26,894 nt of DNA from an uncultured Nitrososphaeraceae archaeon (GCA_963765895.1 CAVXZB010000086.1:1-26894); one strand, 5' to 3'; positions 12,692 to 21,705 are shown, counted from the first letter of the stretch. Notes: generated from the letters alone by a model not told the origin. Program-made: numbers and translations.

Positions 12692-13092
12692 CTAGAACCT
12701 GATCCGGCTGAACTGCCCAATGATGAATCCAGTGCCCCCAGTGACTAGATCTAATGCCTGTTGAAAAAGTCGACCCATGCTTTCATCATTTTGCATCTTT
12801 GCGCTGACCTCATCTTTCTGCTTACGATCTCTGTAGAATATTAGCTCCATCCAAATCTCCTCATCTTGGTTGGCAAGGACAGTTTGGCTATGTTGGTGAT
12901 GCCCTCCATAAGTGTCTCAGTATTGTTTAGCTGGAAAATTAAATGTGTAGATCCATATTTTCTCATTATTTCAGCGAATTGCTTATTGAGCTGGAGCATC
13001 GAGTCATGGTTCTTTTTTGGTACTCGGTAGACGAAGTGGTCTACTTCACTTCCAATCCCTTGTTCTATTTCTGTCAAGTTGGATTTACTCAT
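12692..13092 (-). pseudogene. DUF1428 (YbaA-like) protein with a 1-nt frameshift at 12883-12885
   Basis: FVYRVPKKNHD..MRKYG; after adding one A it continues AKTVLANQDEEIWMELIFYRDRKQKDEVSAKMQND...GQFSRIRF*. It ends 8 bp before the VOC start. Confidence 0.78.
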
Positions 13093-13944
13093 GAGCAAAA
13101 ATATACCCTAAATAGTTAATAAGTATACAAGGGATTAAAAGTATAGTTGTTACACTACATCGAGCAGTTACTACGGGTGCCATTGATTCTCCCAAGACCT
13201 ATTGAAATTTGGGCCTTTCATCTTCTGGCTAAAGCCACGCTGGTTTTTGAAAATTAAGGGCCCAACAACATCAGAATTGGTCATGGACTCACTCACTTTT
13301 GTACTAGATGGTTATAGAGCATCCACAAGAAGATGGATTTTAGCTTGACCTTTTGACGGATTAGTGCAGAGAGTAATTGAAATCTCTTAGAACTTTACTC
13401 TTTTGCAAAAACAATCCATTAGAACCATCTGTGCCGCTTTATGAATTGATTAACAAAGCTAATAAAAGAGTGAGGGTGAGAGACACCAACAGATCAACTG
13501 TTCACACCAAAAGTATCCAACTCCGCTAAATTGTTTTGGATATTCGTATCTTAATCGTTGGAGTTGTTCTAAATTAATTTAGGGAACTTGATTTAGATGA
13601 GTTGTATTACACATTATAGCTATAAAGCAGTGTTACTTTTACTGTAGGTTGCGCCTTGACAAGAACTATGTCTGGAATCGATAGAGCATCGTATCAAGTA
13701 AAAGATCCCGGGATACATAATCTGATTTATAAGAATTGCGGAATGTCCTAAAACTTACTCATATGACTCATACAACTAGCTAATTCTGTGAATAGATAAA
13801 CATTTAGGATTTGATAAATTCAACAATGGATCTGTCGATTCAAAGGGTTTATTGAACTGAGCCATAATTAAATGAGAAGCTCAATTCGTAAACCCATTCT
13901 AAAATTCATCAGGAACTCTACTGAATTTTAGTGTAGACTACTTT

Positions 13945-14919
13945 TCATATTGCAGGCTTGAGTGTCTTTTTGGCTACAAAAGAATGCAATTCAGAATCAT
14001 TCATCTTCTTTTTTGCTTCCGCATACAATTTTGCATCTGCACCTACAGGATATCTAAAGAAATTAACTCCTTCACTAGCGGAGACTGCTGGTGTCTCAAT
14101 GCTTTCAAGTACTACTCTAGCAACTTGCTTAGGATCTGGTGCATTTTTCATGGCACGATAATAATGAGATAGAAAACTTTCTACCACCTCTGCATACTTG
14201 GTAATTTCTCTTTGAGATATAGTTTTGTCTGAATTTGTAGTACTGGTTGTGGAGGTCACTGTCGATGATGCAGAAGGAGATGAAGATGTCAATAGTGTTG
14301 ACGAAATCGATTGAGTATTATCTGGGATTATAATGTTCTCTACAAATTTGGTGTTAACTACGCCAGGCTCGATGAGCACTACTTTTATTCCATACTGTTC
14401 TACCTCGTAAGCTAAGGACTCACTTAACCCTTCCAATGCAAACTTTGTACTAACGTATACGGATTGTGCTGGAAAGCCAATATACCCTGACAGTGAGGAA
14501 ATATTCGCAATAATCCCACATCTTTGATTTCTCATTATAGGAAGTACCTGCTGTATTGTTCTAATTGCTCCGAAGAAATTCGTTTCAAATTGTTTCTTAA
14601 TATCCTCCATAAGTAGATCTTCTAGGGCGCCAAATAAGCCAAAGCCGGCGTTGTTTACCAAAATATCAATGCTTCTGTCTTCGTCATATATTTTTTCAAA
14701 GACCCCTGCTATGGAATCGCCTTTATTCACGTTCATGTGGATTACCTCTAGGGGAATCTCTTCCTTTTCTGCAATCTTTTTAATTGAATCGGCCTTACTC
14801 AAATTTCTCATCGTTGCATAAGTGCGAATTCCATTGCGTGCAAATAACAGACATGTCTCCAATCCGATGCCGGATGAACTACCAGTAACAACAGCGACCT
14901 TTTGATCTTTTAGCGCCAA
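13945..14919 (-). CDS. SDR family oxidoreductase (classical, 17beta-HSD-like subgroup) with a Ser/Thr-rich insertion
   Basis: VAVVTGSSSGIG, ATMRN, NNAG, YVSTK (YxxxK) and IEPG; TTG start. Confidence 0.92.
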   Translation of the reverse strand: MALKDQKVAVVTGSSSGIGLETCLLFARNGIRTYATMRNLSKADSIKKIAEKEEIPLEVIHMNVNKGDSIAGVFEKIYDEDRSIDILVNNAGFGLFGALEDLLMEDIKKQFETNFFGAIRTIQQVLPIMRNQRCGIIANISSLSGYIGFPAQSVYVSTKFALEGLSESLAYEVEQYGIKVVLIEPGVVNTKFVENIIIPDNTQSISSTLLTSSSPSASSTVTSTTSTTNSDKTISQREITKYAEVVESFLSHYYRAMKNAPDPKQVARVVLESIETPAVSASEGVNFFRYPVGADAKLYAEAKKKMNDSELHSFVAKKTLKPAI

Positions 14920-15090
14920 TTTTTCGTTCTAGTGTGATAAAGCACTCTTTATATTGTAATCTAAATATACACGAAAAGACTCCGATCTCTCTACAAATTC
15001 AACCATGATCGGGCATCGAGAATCTATAACCAATTCGAATAACAGACCCCAAGAAACTTGCGCCTCTGAATAGGATATTCTCAGTTTTCA

Positions 15091-16392
15091 TTAGCATATT
15101 GTGTATTTTTTTTCTAACCATTTAATAAAAGTAAAACGTGCAAAGGTTATTCCAGATACTAGGTGAGAAAATATGTCGTCTCCATATAAACTTGTATTCA
15201 TAAAATCTCTCCCACCACTCTCGAGCGTTTTGATATACGCATTCATTGAAAATTCCTCCACGAGCTTCGCAAGGTTACCACTTATCACATGATTGTTAAG
15301 CAATCCAACATAATCATCATCTCCTAAGGAGATTAATTGTGTCTTGATATTATATTCAAATTTTTCATTGGGTGGTAAAGATCTTAGATTAGCATGATCA
15401 GTAATAATAACGTGTTTAGGTATAATCTTTGAAAGATATTTTGCTTCTCTAACTGCAATCTGAGCTAAAGGTGGATACAATTTCCCGTTCTCATCTTTAA
15501 CTGCAGCTATATCACCCATGCAAAATATATTTGGATAGCTACCAATCTGACAGAATTCATTTAGAATTATTCTGCCATCTTTAGTTTTCTCAACTTCTGG
15601 ACTCATTGGTATCTCATAACCTTTAACCCCTGCAGTCCAAACAGTAAGAGATGAAGGAATTTGTGATTCACTATCGCTAAGATAAATATTACTACAACTA
15701 GTACCACTATCATTTTCAACCGTGATAACTGCAGAGCTTGTTCTTATTCTTATTTCTTTTTCGAGTAATACTTCGTTTACTTTCTCTACCAAACGTTCAT
15801 CCCATCCTGAAAGAATAGTTGGCAGTGCTTCTATAATTGTTATAGTGAGCATATCTGATTTTTTGCTTCCCCTTACAAAATCCGATAGTGCTCCGCCAAG
15901 GCTCACACCGGTGGCTCCTCCTCCTACAATTACAATATCATGCTTCTTGTTTGATTTTAAAAGTGCTCTCATCTTATCACAGATCAATGACGCATCAGAA
16001 ATAGAATGTAATGGTAAAGTATTTTCTCTTGCTCCTTTGATATTAAAATACTTTGTAGAAGCACCAAGACACACAATAAGAAGATCATAGTTAATTTCAG
16101 TCGATTCTAAACCAACCATATTTTTATCTGGCATTATTTGTTTAACTGCTGATTGAATGAATTTTATGCTAGTTCGATCTATTAACTTTAGAATTGGTAT
16201 TTGTACTTCATTTGCTGTTCTAAAATCTGCAGCTACTAAATGAATCTCTTGAAGCAATTGATGATAAGGATTTCTATCAATGAGTATTACTTCGCCTATT
16301 TTCTCTGTCACATATCGAGCAATGCTGGTGGCTAAAAATATTCCAGCGTAGCCAGCTCCAAGTATAACTATTCTTTTCTTACAAGTGGTCAT
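15091..16392 (-). CDS. NAD(P)/FAD-dependent oxidoreductase, type II NADH dehydrogenase-like
   Basis: RIVILGAGYAG (FAD site), IVGGGATGV (NAD site), WTAGV, GD and PPLAQIA. Start reassigned to ATG16392 (MTTCKKRIVILG) because a TATA-like element lies about 30 bp upstream. Confidence 0.88.
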   Translation of the reverse strand: MTTCKKRIVILGAGYAGIFLATSIARYVTEKIGEVILIDRNPYHQLLQEIHLVAADFRTANEVQIPILKLIDRTSIKFIQSAVKQIMPDKNMVGLESTEINYDLLIVCLGASTKYFNIKGARENTLPLHSISDASLICDKMRALLKSNKKHDIVIVGGGATGVSLGGALSDFVRGSKKSDMLTITIIEALPTILSGWDERLVEKVNEVLLEKEIRIRTSSAVITVENDSGTSCSNIYLSDSESQIPSSLTVWTAGVKGYEIPMSPEVEKTKDGRIILNEFCQIGSYPNIFCMGDIAAVKDENGKLYPPLAQIAVREAKYLSKIIPKHVIITDHANLRSLPPNEKFEYNIKTQLISLGDDDYVGLLNNHVISGNLAKLVEEFSMNAYIKTLESGGRDFMNTSLYGDDIFSHLVSGITFARFTFIKWLEKKYTIC

Positions 16393-16417
16393 TTCCAATC
16401 CTTCTATTTGATTATAT

Positions 16418-16432
16418 CTATATATTAAAAAA
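16418..16432 (-). promoter_or_regulatory. Putative archaeal TATA box of the NDH-2-like gene
   Basis: TTTTTTAATATATAG on the minus strand, about 26-40 nt upstream of ATG16392. Confidence 0.5.
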
Positions 16433-16440
16433 TAGTTGTC

Positions 16441-16470
16441 AATCTTATGAGCTAAAATCTTATGAGCTAA
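16441..16470. repeat. Perfect 15-bp tandem duplication (AATCTTATGAGCTAA x2)
   Basis: Read directly; lies just upstream of the putative TATA box. Confidence 0.9.
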
Positions 16471-16924
16471 ATAGCATAATGACCTAGTTCTTGAATTATT
16501 ATCTATTATGTATTTTGAAAGTTCGGTCATTGACTACAGAGAGTTTGATTAGTTCGATTCTCTGCAGATATCAGTAACACAGTTGAAGTTTGCACTAATT
16601 TGGATGACTGGACTGGATTATCCCCGTGAGAAACACATTATCGATATACCTGTATGCCATATCTCTCATTTATCTGCAGGGATAGTCACCAATGGCCTCG
16701 TATATGACTTATATAATGACGTTGTAAAAGAAGTATTATTTAAATTCGTTGATAGAATCATTGTCATGGCCGTTTTGATTTAACATTTAGTTCATATTCT
16801 TTTCATGAGGATGACTTCTTTTCTTCCATCAACTTACCAATCTTTCACCTAGTAACTAGATCTGGACCTACTGATTTTTATAATTACCTATCTTGATCTA
16901 GTAGTAATAGGTGAGTTGTGAATA

Positions 16925-17287
16925 ATGGAAAATCATCATGAAGAGAATATGGAATGTCCTTGTCCATGTCATGCATCAGGCGGAACATGTTCAACATGTG
17001 CAAGCACAGGATGCAAGATGAAAGCTGGAATGGGCGGAATGGTAAATCCGATCGAGATAGGAGCTATGATGTGGCAAAAGGCATTTTTTAAGGCAAATAT
17101 GGAATTAATGGCAGATAAATTAAAGAAGAGAATGGAAGCAAGATGGGGTTCAGCAACCGATAAGGCAGCTGATGCACTTATTGAAAAAATGGAAAAACAA
17201 TGGATGGCAATGTTCGAACAGACAGGAGCAGAGAAAGAATTTCGTGAGAAACTTGCAAAGATCTATAGCGAAGGACAAAAGAAATAA
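16925..17287 (+). CDS. Small hypothetical protein with Cys/His-rich N-terminus and Met-rich helical body
   Basis: AGGTGA SD at about 16909-16914 and TATA-like TTTTTATAA at about 16875; contains HHEENMECPCPCH...CSTC...GC. Confidence 0.8.
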   Translation: MENHHEENMECPCPCHASGGTCSTCASTGCKMKAGMGGMVNPIEIGAMMWQKAFFKANMELMADKLKKRMEARWGSATDKAADALIEKMEKQWMAMFEQTGAEKEFREKLAKIYSEGQKK

Positions 17288-17302
17288 TTCTAGTTTCTTT
17301 CC

Positions 17303-17385
17303 CTTTCATTAAGCTTAGCAGCTGTGGGGTCTACTCTGCTTGAAAGGCATCACGTCTATCTCCACTAGAAGCTCTCAGAAGATAA
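17303..17385 (+). pseudogene. C-terminal remnant of an FtsX/MacB-type ABC permease
   Basis: GVYSA*KASRLSPLEALRR* matches the typical terminal motif G.YPAW.AS.L.P.EALR, with the Trp codon changed to TGA. Confidence 0.6.
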
Positions 17386-17606
17386 CTACTGGAACGACAA
17401 AGAAGTAGTAGTAGAAAAAGAACAGGTAGAAAGCTGATCAGAAATGTCCCTGGGGAATGGTTAGAGGAACTCTAACTAGTATTTTTATTCATATTTGTTT
17501 TCAGTTCTCCTACCAACAGAACATATTTCCCTTGTCTCAACATAGTCATCGTAGAAATTCATTTTCCCTATTATCCGATCCTTACCATGACATACCTAGC
17601 GTTCCA

Positions 17607-18335
17607 TTAATGCACGCCTAAGCAATTGTCTATGAATTGATCTACATGGTTCTGGCCTAGAATTTTGCCTAACCATGCAATCTTTATCGCATCAAAACAT
17701 CCTTTGCTTGGACTATGTAAACCCGAACTGCTGCTACTTGAATGGATTGTTTGTGTATTACTATGATCTGGTTCAGTGGTGTTTGTTTATCTGGAAAGCA
17801 TTTACCGCTTTCGTCTTCATCTTGTCTCGAGAATTCAGATGGGCATTTTCCACTTGGAAAACAGTTATCATGTGCATTGTGGCTAAGTCCAGGAGGGCAT
17901 CTTCCGTTGTTATCTGGCTTGCATTTGGTTAACACATCAGGATCAAATGCACAGTCTTTATCGGGATGCGGTATGTTTGGTTTGTTTGGATGGCCTGCCG
18001 ATTGATCATTGTATGATGAGCCTATACCTACTATACAAGCACCTACATCGCCGCCAGTATTACTTAGTGGGCTAGGAGTTACTGGCTCCGTTGTAACAGG
18101 TGCGTTATCTATACTAGTCTTTCCATTCTGGTCATCCTTGGGTTGACTAGGCTCTGGATCGCTCTTGTCGTTGTCACTACCTTCGTTGGCACTTCCACCG
18201 CCACCGCTTCCACTACCAGAATCAGAGCCTTTTCTTTGCATATATTAATAGATAACCTGTAGTAAACAAAGCAGACGTGGTTACCATCATTATGCCCATT
18301 GCTAAAATAAACAGAACATTCGTTGCTGTCTTCAT
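17607..18335 (-). pseudogene. Secreted Gly/Ser/Pro-linker, Cys-rich protein with two 1-nt frameshifts
   Basis: ATG18335 MKTATNVLFILAMGIMMVTTSALFTTGYLLIYA is signal-like. A shift at the run 18230-18233 enters GSDSGSGSGGGGS...CAFDP..KCKPDNNGRCPPG..CFPSGKCP..DEDESGKC. A second shift near 17750 gives GCFDAIKIAW..FIDNCLGVH*. Confidence 0.7.
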
Positions 18336-18461
18336 TCCCCCTACCTAATTTCATAATACAAATCCGTTACCCATAACTATAATGGCGAGATTGACTATAC
18401 GATTCTTCTATTCACCATTTCACTCTCACTTTCTCTACTGGGTATACACGACATTACATAA

Positions 18462-18778
18462 CTAGCCAAACACTTTAAGACAATTACAAAGAGAGGGAAC
18501 TTGAAATACTGATCCCATTATTCTGTGCTACCACGTCTATTAGATATTTAAATTCAGAAATACACTGAAAGGCTTTAGTAGCAAGACTTTAGCGAAAAGG
18601 CTAAAGGAACTTGATAAGAGTGGAATTCTAGAGACAAGCATACAACGAAATCCCTGCAAGGGTAGAATATAGATTAACAAATAAAGGATAATGGTTGATA
18701 GAATCTGTTATTTATCTATTAAAGTGGATGGAAAATAGGCTTAACCGAAAAGTAACAGCAACTGATAGAAGACAATAG
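18462..18778 (+). pseudogene. HxlR (DUF24/MarR-type) winged-helix transcriptional regulator, degraded
   Basis: TITKRG / EILIPLFC / KFRNTLKGFSSKTLAKRLKELDKSGILE / AYNEIPARVEYRLTNKG* (P.RVEY.LT..G motif), with frameshifts and an internal stop. Confidence 0.8.
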
Positions 18779-18925
18779 AGAGTGTGATAACACCATTGTA
18801 AAACTGAAGGCTTGATATATAACTAATATCTAACTGAATTCCTATTTGCTTTCAATTACGATGCAAGTAAGGTGGTATTCACGACCAATTTATTAGACAA
18901 TAATTTACTCTTAGTGGATGTTTGT

Positions 18926-20140
18926 TTACTGTCCTGGTATTCTGGTGGTAGAATTAGTGTTTAGTGTATTTGCCGGCAGTTTTCTATAGTCCTCTATCAC
19001 AAAATTATAATTCGCAATTCTAGTCCCATTTGAATTAACTACTGTCTTGGTTATTAATGAATCCTTTACAGCAATATCTCTTGGTTGGTTTTCAAAATAT
19101 ACCTGAGTAGTAAGTATGGGCTGACCTGGAATTCCAACCATAATGTGAATGTGGCTGGGGCGAAGAATTGTACTCCCAGTATGCAATCGTCCAGGATAAA
19201 TAGTATCCAGAACATATTTACCATCTTTGTCAGTCACGATCTTGCCTCTAAGATTATAGCCTTTATTGTCATAGTTTCCATTAGCATCAGCTTGCCAGAA
19301 ATCCAATACCGCTCCATGAACAGGTTTACAATCAATAGCGGAGAGCACATTACCAGTCAACTCCAACCTTGCTCCTGACAATCCGTTCGCGAAATCCTGT
19401 CCTCGTTTGAGTGGTGAACCAGATTTGTATTCTGGGCCTTGAATAGTTGGTTCAGTTGTATTACATTGTAATAGTTTAGATGTCGTAGGTCTTTCGGATA
19501 ACGTTACATTTTTTGTGCCTGATGTAGTTGAGGTATTCAGATTCGATGTTGACGATAGTGCTGGAGCTTTCAATTCGTTATCGTTAAACTTCACATTCTC
19601 CTGTCCAGCTGCACTGGGCAATATCTGTCCTCTTATTTCACCCTTCTGATGGTTTAGGGTGCGGATGTCTACAAATGCTTTACCTTCTTTCATTAAACCC
19701 ACCAGATCGGATACCTTTTTACCGGCTAGCGGGCCATTCAGATCGTCTAACATAATGGTTCCACTGGATAGTACACCATTAATTTGTCCTGTTGGAATAC
19801 CGGATTTACCATTGTGGATTGCATATGGATTGAATACTTCGGCTAGAAGAGAACCATTTTTCTGGCTAATTCGTGCTCCTATTACTGCATCGATATTGTT
19901 AACATTCATCGCGTAACTTAAAGTGTCATTGGAGTTTACAGTAAATTTAGCGGCTCCTGCTGCTTGTGTTTTTATGGGGGGCATCTCGTTTTGTCCTGAT
20001 AATTTTGCAGTAAATATTTGTTGTTGAGCATGTGCGTAATTAGGGTTAAAAGTGCCAGATTGCAATAATTGTATTATTCCACTTAGTAATATTAAACACA
20101 TACACCAAATAGCAATCATTATTATTGCTTTACTTTTCAA
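18926..20140 (-). CDS. Secreted/membrane-anchored CHRD domain + intradiol ring-cleavage dioxygenase-like fusion
   Basis: N-terminal hydrophobic segment ending AHA-QQ. CHRD: FTAKLSGQNEMPP..AAGAA...GEIRGQI. Ser/Thr linker. Dioxygenase-like: GPEY, LTGNV..CKPVHGAVLDFWQADANGNY, LRG..TD..GKY...TIYPG, RPSHIH and TTQVYF. TTG start with AGGTGA SD. Confidence 0.88.
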   Translation of the reverse strand: MKSKAIIMIAIWCMCLILLSGIIQLLQSGTFNPNYAHAQQQIFTAKLSGQNEMPPIKTQAAGAAKFTVNSNDTLSYAMNVNNIDAVIGARISQKNGSLLAEVFNPYAIHNGKSGIPTGQINGVLSSGTIMLDDLNGPLAGKKVSDLVGLMKEGKAFVDIRTLNHQKGEIRGQILPSAAGQENVKFNDNELKAPALSSTSNLNTSTTSGTKNVTLSERPTTSKLLQCNTTEPTIQGPEYKSGSPLKRGQDFANGLSGARLELTGNVLSAIDCKPVHGAVLDFWQADANGNYDNKGYNLRGKIVTDKDGKYVLDTIYPGRLHTGSTILRPSHIHIMVGIPGQPILTTQVYFENQPRDIAVKDSLITKTVVNSNGTRIANYNFVIEDYRKLPANTLNTNSTTRIPGQ

Positions 20141-20167
20141 AGCTCACCTAGTAGAACATGAAATGTA

Positions 20168-20175
20168 TTATATAA
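20168..20175 (-). promoter_or_regulatory. Putative TATA box of the CHRD-dioxygenase gene
   Basis: TTATATAA about 28-35 nt upstream of TTG20140. Confidence 0.55.
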
Positions 20176-20694
20176 GAGATGCTTAAAAATTATTGTTATA
20201 ATGGATTACGCAGGTTCCGAAATTTGGATATTGAGGATCAAATTACATGAGACTTGGTAATAAGAAGTAAAGGCTTTGCAATCCTTCTCGTTAGATTTTT
20301 CAATTCATAATTGGTAGTGTATAAACAGAAAATATACACAAGAATCAATTGAGACACCGTAATCTAGTAAGCTCTGATTGCATATCTGTTCTCTTATCTT
20401 GATGTCATGATTTCTCTAAATTAGACAAATTAGTCTTTGAGTATGCATACTAGAATTTAATAAACAGATCTATTAGCAAAATAAAATTAATCATCCCAAA
20501 ATAATAATCAAATTCAAAACTTTTTTTCTCTTCATGCAAACTTACTACATCTACTTGACAAAACATTCTGAATAGAGTGAATTTGAGAATCTACCATTAA
20601 GATCTTATTTATATATTAAATATGAGCGGCTTAACAAGTTTGTTAAAAAAAGCAACAGACATATACGATATATCCGATTAATTCTACTAACATT

Positions 20695-20961
20695 ATGGAA
20701 ATGTCAATTTCCTCTATCAAGGTCAAAGTTCTATATTTTGCTAATGCCAAAGAAGCTGCAGGAACACAGGAGGAACAGTTTATCTTATCAAATCCAACAA
20801 GTAGTGATCTTCTTTTACGTAGAATATTGGAAATACATCCTGGCATTAAAGATCTTGTAAAGACAATTAGCATTTCAGTAAATCGTAAAGTTATTTCCGA
20901 AGATATCCTCTTGAATGACGAGGACGAAATAGCTTTGCTGCCACCAGTTGCAGGAGGCTAG
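20695..20961 (+). CDS. moaD: MoaD/ThiS family sulfur carrier (ubiquitin-like)
   Basis: KVLYFA..KEAAG, ISVN and DEIALLPPVAGG with a C-terminal di-glycine; directly upstream of moaE. Confidence 0.92.
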   Translation: MEMSISSIKVKVLYFANAKEAAGTQEEQFILSNPTSSDLLLRRILEIHPGIKDLVKTISISVNRKVISEDILLNDEDEIALLPPVAGG

Positions 20962-20972
20962 ACACACACATT

Positions 20973-21443
20973 ATGACTCAAACTAAAGGCAATAATGTAT
21001 ATAAAAAACACAAGTTTCGTGAAATCGAAATGATTACAGAAAAGGACATTTCTATCAAGAAAATTTTGAAGTCAGTTCGAGATGATAGTGTAGGGGCAAC
21101 AGTACTCTTTATAGGAACTGTTCGCAATTTCAGTGAAGTAGATACTGTAGTAGGTATGTATTACGAATCATACACCAGAATGGCAGAAGAGAGAATGCAA
21201 ATTATTATAGATGATGCTAAACAAAAATGGAATATTAATTGTAAACTTCTTCATAGAATAGGTGATCTGGAAGTTGGAGATGTCAGTGTGGTGGTAGCGG
21301 TTTCATCATTTCACAGACATGAAGCATTTGATGCATGTCAATATCTAGTCGAGAGAATTAAACGCGAAGTTCAGATATGGAAAAAGGAAAGATTTATTGG
21401 AGGCAATGAAAGATGGGTGAAAGGATACCTAACTGAGAAGTAG
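20973..21443 (+). CDS. moaE: Molybdopterin synthase catalytic subunit
   Basis: GATVLFIGTVR, YESY..MAE, HRIG.L.VGD.SV, HR.EAF.AC..LVERIK and IWKKE. Confidence 0.95.
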   Translation: MTQTKGNNVYKKHKFREIEMITEKDISIKKILKSVRDDSVGATVLFIGTVRNFSEVDTVVGMYYESYTRMAEERMQIIIDDAKQKWNINCKLLHRIGDLEVGDVSVVVAVSSFHRHEAFDACQYLVERIKREVQIWKKERFIGGNERWVKGYLTEK

Positions 21444-21705
21444 GTTAAGGGAAGTTCTAGCTCAAGATTCACAGAATTATATTGAATAAGTAAATATCGA
21501 AAATTACTTATGGCAAACGTCTATATGCGCGTACTATTAAGTAAATATTAGTTAAATAAACTACAAAAATAATCTTATTATGAATATCAGATTTAACCAC
21601 ATAATTACGTAAATAAATATGAATGCAATTGTAAAAAGTATCATAGAATCCACTTTATGAAATAAGTTAATTATACCCCTTTAGTACAGTTAATATTAAT
21701 CAATC

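Noticed and set aside
13140-13900. Gene-free 0.8-kb stretch as a possible ncRNA or mobile element
   Set aside because: No convincing inverted repeats, tRNA fold or transposase fragment seen.
16393-16530. 46-aa N-terminal extension of the NDH-2-like ORF
   Set aside because: It overlaps the TATA-like element and tandem repeat; the Rossmann motif begins right after ATG16392.
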